Part shown: positions 57,017-64,000 of the stretch, one piece after another | How positions within the stretch are numbered: position 1 is the first letter of the stretch | How the letters are laid out: every line of letters starts with the position of its first letter | Source of the DNA: a bacterium | Lineage (GTDB): Bacteria > UBA8248 > JACPRG01 > G963555815 | DNA: 64,000 nucleotides | Reading direction: 5' to 3' | Assembly (NCBI GenBank): GCA_965261595.1 | Contig: CBDHDG010000006.1 | Span: 1,536,001 to 1,600,000, forward strand | Position numbers and translations under genes: made by a program | Notes under the pieces: generated by a model | What the model was told of the DNA's origin: nothing | Databases searched by the model: none | The model's input: the letters and a program-made list of their open reading frames with translations, nothing else

Positions 57017-58006
57017 TCAGTCCGCCAACTTGAAAAGCCGGACGGCGTTATCGCCCAGAACCTTTTTTCTCTCGTCTTCCGGGCGATCCCAATCCCGGAT
57101 GCTCGTGACGGCCCGGTTGAGGTCGCCGATGCGGAACGGGAAGTCGCTCCCCATGAGCATGTTGTCCGCCCCGGCGAGGGTGTGCGTGCAATCCAGGGCG
57201 GGCGGATAGAAGCTCGTCGTATCGAAATAGAGGAGCTTGTAATACTCGTGGGGACTCTTGGGGATGTTGTGCTCGGTGTCCGGGTAGTTGTACCCCCAAC
57301 TGATCCGCTCGGCCAGAAACGGTAGCGCTCCCCCCAAATGCGTGGCGATCATCTTCAGGTTCGGGAACTCCTCATAAATCCCCTGATAGATGAGATTGGC
57401 GTAATGGATGGTGATCTCGAACATGAACCCGATCAGCGCGCCGAAATGGTGATTCTTGAGGAGCTCATGCTTGGCGCCCACGACGGGGTGATAAATGATC
57501 GGCACGTCCAGCTCGGCGGCCTTGGCGATGACGGGCCGGAACCGCCTGTCGCTGGCCGGGGTCCCGTCGATGTTGGCGAACGTGAACAGCCCCTTGAGTC
57601 CCAGCTCCCGGACGGCGCGCTCCAGCTCCTTGGCCGCCTCTTCCGGCTCTTTCATATAGACCGACGCCATGCCCGCGAAACGGTCCGGATGTTTCGTGCA
57701 GACTTCCGCCATCTCGTCATTCAGGTCGCGGACGAGGGCGATGCCGTCTTCCGGCCCCAGAAGGTCGCCGTTGGGAAAACCGTTGGTCAAGAGCTGCATG
57801 TCTATCCCGGCCTTGTCCAACATGGCGATCCGCTCCGCCGGGTCGAAGGCGGGCTCCACGATCGGTCCGTAATCCACGCCATTCCAATAAATCGTGGGCA
57901 GATCGGTGTCGCCGTACTTCACCTCGAAGTCGTATCGCGCGCTGAGCTCTTTCAGGCGGGAAATGTATATCTTCGGAAAGATGTGCGTGTGAACGTCAAC
58001 GATCAT
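57017..58006 (-). CDS. Amidohydrolase-2 family protein (ACMSD-like)
   Basis: IVDVHTH, IIYHP, THLGGALPF and MGSDFPF. Confidence 0.92.
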   Translation of the reverse strand: MIVDVHTHIFPKIYISRLKELSARYDFEVKYGDTDLPTIYWNGVDYGPIVEPAFDPAERIAMLDKAGIDMQLLTNGFPNGDLLGPEDGIALVRDLNDEMAEVCTKHPDRFAGMASVYMKEPEEAAKELERAVRELGLKGLFTFANIDGTPASDRRFRPVIAKAAELDVPIIYHPVVGAKHELLKNHHFGALIGFMFEITIHYANLIYQGIYEEFPNLKMIATHLGGALPFLAERISWGYNYPDTEHNIPKSPHEYYKLLYFDTTSFYPPALDCTHTLAGADNMLMGSDFPFRIGDLNRAVTSIRDWDRPEDERKKVLGDNAVRLFKLAD

Positions 58007-58143
58007 GAGACGAGACCTTTCATGGCGGAATCCAAGGTTCAGGCGGAGTCTCTCAAATCAGTGTTGGGAGCTTGGCGTGATGGGGGCGACCGGCGGGCTG
58101 GAATTCTCCGCGCCGGAGAGCGCCTCCGCGCCGGGGGACGACC

Positions 58144-58818
58144 TCAAGGCAAGGGAAACCGCAGGTGGAAAGAAACGCCTCCGTAAATGTGATGGGTGTT
58201 CGAATCGTTCTCGTTCGTCACGTTGGTGAGCGCGCCGGAGTTCACCCGGAAAGCGTGCTCGATGTGGGAGAACTTGTACTCGGCGAAGAGCGCGAAACTG
58301 CGGAAGAAGAAATACTTCAGACCGGCCAGCGCCTGGGCGCCCACGGCGAAATTGCTGTCATCCGTCCCGCCGGAGTCGTCCGAGCCGTAGGAAAACACCG
58401 GGCCCGCGCCGACGTATGGCTCGAAGTCATCCAACGGAAATCGGAACAAACCGTTCAATCCCAGATTGACCAGCCTGATGTCCGAGGCCGCAAACGCCTT
58501 CCGGACGCGCACGCTGGTGCTCTGATTCTCGGCGGTGACCGTCTGGGCGGGGATGTCCGCCGTGTAGGTGTAGAGATCCAGCTCCAGGCCAAAGAATCGG
58601 AGGAACCAGTAGCCCGCCTTCGCTCCGAGCACGACGGAATCGTCGATGTCCAGGTTCTCGAAAACCTCGTCCACGCCCCCCGAGGTTTGCTTGAGATTTC
58701 CGGATTGGGAAATCGATCCGCCCGCGTACAGGCTGGCGAAAAACTCCGCCGACGCCACGGCGGGCGCCAGGAACAGAACCCCGACAAATACCGCAAACGC
58801 GATTCGATAAAACCGCAT
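58144..58818 (-). CDS. Outer-membrane beta-barrel protein
   Basis: Signal peptide, EPYVGAG, LFAEYKF and YGGVSFH. Confidence 0.85.
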   Translation of the reverse strand: MRFYRIAFAVFVGVLFLAPAVASAEFFASLYAGGSISQSGNLKQTSGGVDEVFENLDIDDSVVLGAKAGYWFLRFFGLELDLYTYTADIPAQTVTAENQSTSVRVRKAFAASDIRLVNLGLNGLFRFPLDDFEPYVGAGPVFSYGSDDSGGTDDSNFAVGAQALAGLKYFFFRSFALFAEYKFSHIEHAFRVNSGALTNVTNENDSNTHHIYGGVSFHLRFPLP

Positions 58819-58913
58819 TGAATGTCTCCCCGCCGGATGTCCCATTCAGGCCGAGCCATCAAACCCTTTGAAGGATATATGCTTGCCGGTCCGCGACTGT
58901 CAAGACGCCGGCC

Positions 58914-60392
58914 TTATCGCCCGCTCGCCTCTTCTCGGTTGACATCGATGAACCGGGCGATGAATGGGTGAACGCGCTCGATCTCGCGGTGCATCTGCTG
59001 CGCCACGCGCCGGTAGGTGAAATGTCCGCCGGGGCCGCTGCGCAGCTTGACGACGTGCATGATCTCTCTCAGGTTGAGCGTCCAGAGCATCCGGCGGCGG
59101 TGGGCGTTGAGAACGAAGTAGCGCGCCTCGTTCGGGAAGTCATTCGAGAACCGCTCGTAGCCCGCCTCGGCCCGCTCGATCCCCGCCAGGTAGTCGTCCC
59201 GGGCGCCCGCGTCGTCGATCAGCTCGGGCGTCAGAAAGCCGTGCCGGATGGTGGGCGGCTGAACGCTCTGGGTGCACATCCGGTGCCGCTTCAGGTCCAG
59301 GTAGGCCCCCTGGTCCACGAGGCACTCGAAGGTGTAGTTCAGGTGCTCCATCTCGCGGATTGGGATGTCGAAGCGGTCGAGCCGCCGGAGGGCTTCTTCG
59401 ATGATCGCCTCTTTTCGCTCCCCGGGCAGGGCCGCGACGCGCCCGCGAAGGGTTTCATACGGGACGTCCCCGTGGGAATAGAGGATCGCCGCCGCGAGGA
59501 CGGTCTCCGGGTCATCGGGATGGTCGAGGATTCGGGTGTAGTTCTCCTCGGAGCGTGCTTCCGAGGGCGACCCAATCGCCGCCATCGCCGAATCCAGGGC
59601 CTTTCGGGTTTCCGCCAGATAGGGGTTGTACTCGGCGTATTTCACAAGCGTCGGGACCGCCTCCCGGCAGACCTCTTTGAGCGTCTCGCCGATCCGCCGG
59701 ACCTCGCCCAGCTCGTCGCTCAGCATCTTCCGAATGGCGTGCTCCAAAACCCGGGCGTTGGCCGTCATCCCCACGTTGGCCAGGGCGGAGATGGGCAACA
59801 GGAAACGCGCGCGGTCGAGGGCGTACGCCCGGAACCGGACGGCGTAGCCGCGCTCCGACTCGCCGTCCCGCCGGGGGAGCCGGCCCGATTCCCGGAGAAA
59901 GGCGTCCAGGCGGTTCTGGACGCGGAGATAATTATCGAACAGCCAGCGGGTCGTCTCCCGATACTCCCCCGCCAGGGACGAGGCGGCGATCTCCTCGGGG
60001 ACGTAGTAGTCATCCGGGGAGAAGACCTGATACCGGGAGGACTTTTCGGTGTAGGAGGCCAGACGGTTGGACTCGATGGCCTCGGTCGCGAACCGGCTGA
60101 CGTTTTCGATGGCGATGGACAGGACGGCGTGCTCGGCCACCGAGGCGTGGCCGTATCCGACGACCCACTTCTCGTGAAACTTCGCCGAGCCCTCGTCTGT
60201 CAGCTCCCGGGCGATCTCGTCGAAAGCCTTCGGGGAGCGGCTCGTCTTGGCGAACGCCACCGCCACGACTTCGGGGGGGAGATCTTTGAGGAGGTAGATT
60301 CGGCGGGTCTTGCCTGCGGGCGAGGGATTCCCCGTTTTCAGCGGCTCATCTGCAATTTGTGTGTTCTCGGTCGAAGCCGGTTCGGACGTCAT
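58914..60392 (-). CDS. thyX: FAD-dependent thymidylate synthase, tandem-domain type
   Basis: GYGHASVAEHA, YTEKSSRY, DRARFLLP; second repeat LKRHRM, EARYFV and NLRE. Confidence 0.85.
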   Translation of the reverse strand: MTSEPASTENTQIADEPLKTGNPSPAGKTRRIYLLKDLPPEVVAVAFAKTSRSPKAFDEIARELTDEGSAKFHEKWVVGYGHASVAEHAVLSIAIENVSRFATEAIESNRLASYTEKSSRYQVFSPDDYYVPEEIAASSLAGEYRETTRWLFDNYLRVQNRLDAFLRESGRLPRRDGESERGYAVRFRAYALDRARFLLPISALANVGMTANARVLEHAIRKMLSDELGEVRRIGETLKEVCREAVPTLVKYAEYNPYLAETRKALDSAMAAIGSPSEARSEENYTRILDHPDDPETVLAAAILYSHGDVPYETLRGRVAALPGERKEAIIEEALRRLDRFDIPIREMEHLNYTFECLVDQGAYLDLKRHRMCTQSVQPPTIRHGFLTPELIDDAGARDDYLAGIERAEAGYERFSNDFPNEARYFVLNAHRRRMLWTLNLREIMHVVKLRSGPGGHFTYRRVAQQMHREIERVHPFIARFIDVNREEASGR

Positions 60393-60552
60393 CGCGGCGG
60401 AGATTCCAGGCAAGAAGAAGTCAGAAAAAACGGGACGCAACGGCGAGGGAAGCCTGAACCTTTTATATCAGAACCAAAGGGACCGGGCAATTGATTCGCC
60501 GATTCTGATGTCCTACCCAATTGGTTCCCTCGAGAAAGAAGGCAGGGGGGAA

Positions 60553-60711
60553 GGCGGGCAGGATGCCCGCCCTACCTGCTTGAAAACACCGGCTTTCCAC
60601 CGATCGGTCGGCCGGGCATCTTGCCCGGCCGGAAAGGAGAATTCCGGTCTCGAAATGTAAAGCCGGTTTTGTGCCACACCTCTAGCGTGGAGGCTGAAGC
60701 CTCCGCGCTAC
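60553..60711. repeat. Cluster of GTAG-type REP-like palindromes
   Basis: Reverse-strand GTAGGGCGGGCATCCTGCCCGCC (60553-60575), degenerate GTCGGCCGGGCATCTTGCCCGGCC (60607-60630) and reverse-strand GTAGCGCGGAGGCTTCAGCCTCCACGCTA (60683-60711). Confidence 0.65.
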
Positions 60712-60874
60712 ACCGCAGTTCTCAAGTCCAGTTTCATTGAATCACCAAATGGGATTTGAAGAATCGACAGGGGAAGTGCAAAGTCCGAATATTTTCTGAA
60801 CGGAATAATCAAAAAAGACAATCAGACGAACACAGATCGATGGTAAGCTTTTGCGCAAGAGAGGAATAGCAGGC

Positions 60875-62984
60875 CTAGCCTTCTGGAAATTCCAGCTTTC
60901 TCGTCCGAAAGAACAGAATCTCTTCTCTTGGCGGAACCACAATCGGTTCGTAGGCCGGATTCAGCGGTTGTCCCCCGCTCTAGGGTTTTGTTGGACACTC
61001 GATTGATCCATGATTCATGGAGAAAGGGGTGTCGCGATGAACGAACAAAAGCAAGAGGGGGCTTTGGCGGAGGGCGCCCGCAGGGCGAACGGAGCCAAGG
61101 CCCCAGGGCATCGCAGTGAGCGGGGTCGGTTCTCCTGCCAGCGCAAGCGGGAGGCGGTCCTGCGTCTTTTGCGGGGCGAGAGCCTGGAGACGCTCTGCCG
61201 CGAGTTGGGCACGACAGCGGCTCGGCTTTCCGCCTGGCGCGAGGCGTTCCTTCGCGGGGGCGAGGCGGCGCTCAAAGCCCGCCCGGCGGATGAGCGGGAC
61301 GAGGAGAACGCCCGGCTCAAGGCCAAGGTGGGCGAACTCACGATGGAGGGCGAGGTCCTGCGGGAGAAGATCGACCGCCTGGAGGCCGGCCGCCCTTTAG
61401 CCGGCAGGAGGTGGAGGCGATGAGTCAGGCCCGCTTCACCTCCACGGGCAGAGCCTACGGCCTGAAGCGGGTGTGCGCCCTTTGGGGCTTGGCGCGCTCC
61501 ACGGTCTACGCGCAACGGCGGCGAGAGGCGGTCCCCGTTCATGAACGCCCCACGCCCAATAAGCGCGGCCCTGTGGGCCCGTGCACCGATGCGGAACTCC
61601 TCGGCCACATCCGGCAGGTCCTGGAGGACTCTCCCTTCCATGGCGAGGGCTACCGCAAGGTGTGGGCGAGGCTGCGCTTCGCGGGCATCCGCACCAGCAA
61701 GGAGCGGGTGCGTCGCCTGATGCGGGAGGCGGGGCTTCAGGCCCCCCACCGGGTGGGCAAACCCCGAGGTCCCAAGGCCCACAACGGGACCATCCGCACC
61801 GAGCGGCCCGACCGAATGTGGGGCACGCACATGACGACGACGGTGACCACCGAGGAGGGGATGGCCTCGGTGTTCGTGGCGGTGGATCACTGCTCGGTGG
61901 ACTGCGTGGGGATCCATGCGGCCAAGAGCGGCAACCGCTTCGAGGCCCTGGAGCCGATCCGGCAGGGGGTCGCCGAGCGCTTCGCCGGCTTGGAGGCGGA
62001 CGTCGCCGAGGGGCTTAAAGTTCGTCACGACCACGGCCCCGCCTATCTGTCCGATGACTTTCAGCGGGAGATCGCCTACCTGGGCATGACCAGTTCGCCC
62101 AGCTTCGTGCGGGCGCCCGAGGGAAATGGCTACTGTGAGTGGTTTATCCGCATCTTGAAGGAGAATCTCCTGTGGGTGCGCTCTTTCGCCACCGTAGAGG
62201 AACTGCGGTGGGCGCTGCTTGAGTTCAAGAACCTGTACAACCATCATTGGATTCTCGAGGGCTACGGCTACCGAACGCCGGCCCAGGCAAGGCAGGAAAA
62301 ACTCGCTCAAGTTGCGGAGGCCGCATGAGGTCGAATACCCTCACCCGAGTGTCCAATAACCCAGGGGCGGTCCAGTTGGAGAATTATTTGGCCGTTCTCT
62401 TTCCTGTATTTTTTTACGGTTACTCCTTCATCACCCCACTTACATACGACAGTATTTCCAATCTCCACATCCTTATTGGGTTTGACCAACAAAAGCTCAC
62501 CTTCTTGAATCGACTCGTTATCTTTATCGCCTTTCATGCTCTCCCCAGCAGCGATGACACAAAATGCGTTACGATCGTCAATGAAAATCCATGCATGTTG
62601 CTCAGCAACTCCGGTAGGATAGTCTAAGTCTGTAGTTTCTAGTATGTGCCCGCATTGCGCCTTGTTCAAAACCGGCACACTCCAAGGTCGCTTCTTGCCG
62701 TCACTCAACCGAAACCTGTCATATTCCTCTAGTCCCCAACCCCCGCCCGCATCTGTCGAACCATCAGCTTTATGTACACCGTCAGCTCTCTGTGCCAGGA
62801 GTTCGCTTATATCGACGCCCAACTCATCCGCAATGCGGGCCAAATCCCTTGGAAACGGAATGGCCTTGCCTAACTCTATTCCTTCCAAAACAACCAGAGG
62901 AATTTTTGTCTTGCGAGAGAATGTCCGCAAATCCACGCCCTGAACCTCTCGCAAGTGGCGAATCCTTGAACCAAAGTTCATCAT
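60875..62984 (-). pseudogene. XRE-HTH + S24 (LexA/CI-like) repressor split by IS3 copy 4
   Basis: FGSRIRHLRE, AAGESM and VTVKKY. Removing the IS restores IILQPLNPAYEPIVV...PEG*. Confidence 0.87.
60971..62374 (+). mobile_element. IS3-family element, copy 4 (TSD GTTG; D>H)
   Basis: GTTG at 60967-60970 and 62375-62378; orfB reads WGTH. Confidence 0.95.
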
Positions 62985-63238
62985 AAGACTCCAATCCAGC
63001 CAATATCTGGCACCACCCCACAATCCCATACACACTTATTTCATTTCTAACACGGAATTGATAAGAATCAAGCTTCCTTGCCTGTATTTTTCAAAAAGAG
63101 AAGAGGCAAGGCTTCTTTCATTCTGCCGACTCGCAGATGAACCCAAGGTATTTGTGGAGAGGATGTAGCTAGCAGTCCAAGGGGAAGCAATCGGCAATTA
63201 AGACACAACAACATTTTCGTGTTGCACTCTTGCAACTT

Positions 63239-64000
63239 TCAAGGAATCTGCGCCGCCACGGCGGAGATTCCCTTGAACAGACCGGCCACGGAGACCTTGG
63301 CCGCTTCGAGGAAGGGATGGGGGTATACGCCGATCACCAAGACGCCGGCGACCATGATCGCCAACCCGATGGTCAGGGGGACGGCATTCGAGGTGTGGAT
63401 CTTCCCCGCCGGCTCCTGCATGTACATCAGCATCACGACCCGGAAGTAGTAGTAGAGGGAAATCGCGCTGTTCAACAGACCGATGACGGCCAGCCAGATG
63501 AAGCCGGCATCGACGGCGGCGGCGAAGATGTAGAACTTCCCGACAAACCCGGCGGTGGGCGGGAGGCCCGTAAGGCTCAGGAAGAAAATCAGGAGCGCCA
63601 GCGCGGGCCACGGATGCTGCCGAGCCAGGCCCCGGAAGTCCTCCAGCCGGTCCCCGCGCATACTCGGGCGGCAGAGCAGGATGATCACGGCGAACGCGCC
63701 CAGGTTCGTGAACAGGTACGCCGCCAGGTAGAGCAGGATGCTGGCGATCCCCATCTGGGTCGCGACAACGAGACCGATCAGGATGTAGCCGGCGTGAGCG
63801 ATGCTGGAATAGGCCAACATGCGCTTCAGGTTGGTCTGGACCATCGCCGCGATGTTGCCCCACGTCATGCTCACGGCGGCCAGCAGCCAGAGCAGGATAC
63901 GCCACTGATCCATCGAATCGCCGAAGGCCACCAGGAAGACCCGAACCAGGGCCGCGAAGGCCCCCGCCTTCGTCCCCACGGACATGAAGGCCGTGATGGA
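63239..64000 (-). CDS. nuoN: NADH-quinone oxidoreductase subunit N (5' part outside the window)
   Basis: KRMLAYSSIAHAGY, SLTGLPPTAGFVGK and NSAISLYYY. Confidence 0.93.
   Translation of the reverse strand, partial: SITAFMSVGTKAGAFAALVRVFLVAFGDSMDQWRILLWLLAAVSMTWGNIAAMVQTNLKRMLAYSSIAHAGYILIGLVVATQMGIASILLYLAAYLFTNLGAFAVIILLCRPSMRGDRLEDFRGLARQHPWPALALLIFFLSLTGLPPTAGFVGKFYIFAAAVDAGFIWLAVIGLLNSAISLYYYFRVVMLMYMQEPAGKIHTSNAVPLTIGLAIMVAGVLVIGVYPHPFLEAAKVSVAGLFKGISAVAAQIP

Overview
A GC-rich bacterial window in two parts. Positions ~1-46,100 are a heavily decayed mobile/defence region. It holds a DUF433/PIN toxin-antitoxin pair, an HsdR-like type I restriction subunit followed out of frame by an S24 (LexA-type) domain, and the remains of an integrative mobilisable element (tyrosine integrase, ssb, Toprim primase, DUF2493, RHH protein, TrwC-like helicase). 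The element's cargo includes an HTH-ImmA/IrrE + PIN + NERD-NTPase operon and an Abi/HEPN-like gene. An AbiE pair, DUF262 and DUF1524 fragments, and IS elements of at least eight families (IS3, IS110, IS1, IS66, IS1595, IS1380, IS21, IS256) also lie here. Positions ~46,100-64,000 look chromosomal: ubiD-like pseudogene, alkaline-phosphatase-superfamily/GT4/cysC/sat cluster, two MFS transporters, amidohydrolase, OMP, thyX, an IS-split LexA-like repressor and nuoN. Strongest observations: (1) a complete IS110 element whose bridge RNA can be read by eye, with all four guides matching the reconstructed target and circle junction; (2) a second, orphan bridge-RNA-like hairpin inserted in an IS3 transposase, whose guides spell the IS3 catalytic H-S-D-Q-G codons; (3) four 1404-bp IS3 copies with 4-bp TSDs, an atypical 5'-TC end and a shared catalytic D>H variant; (4) an IS66-like transposon with nested terminal repeats carrying DUF4338. 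All family assignments come from motif recognition; no database searches were run.
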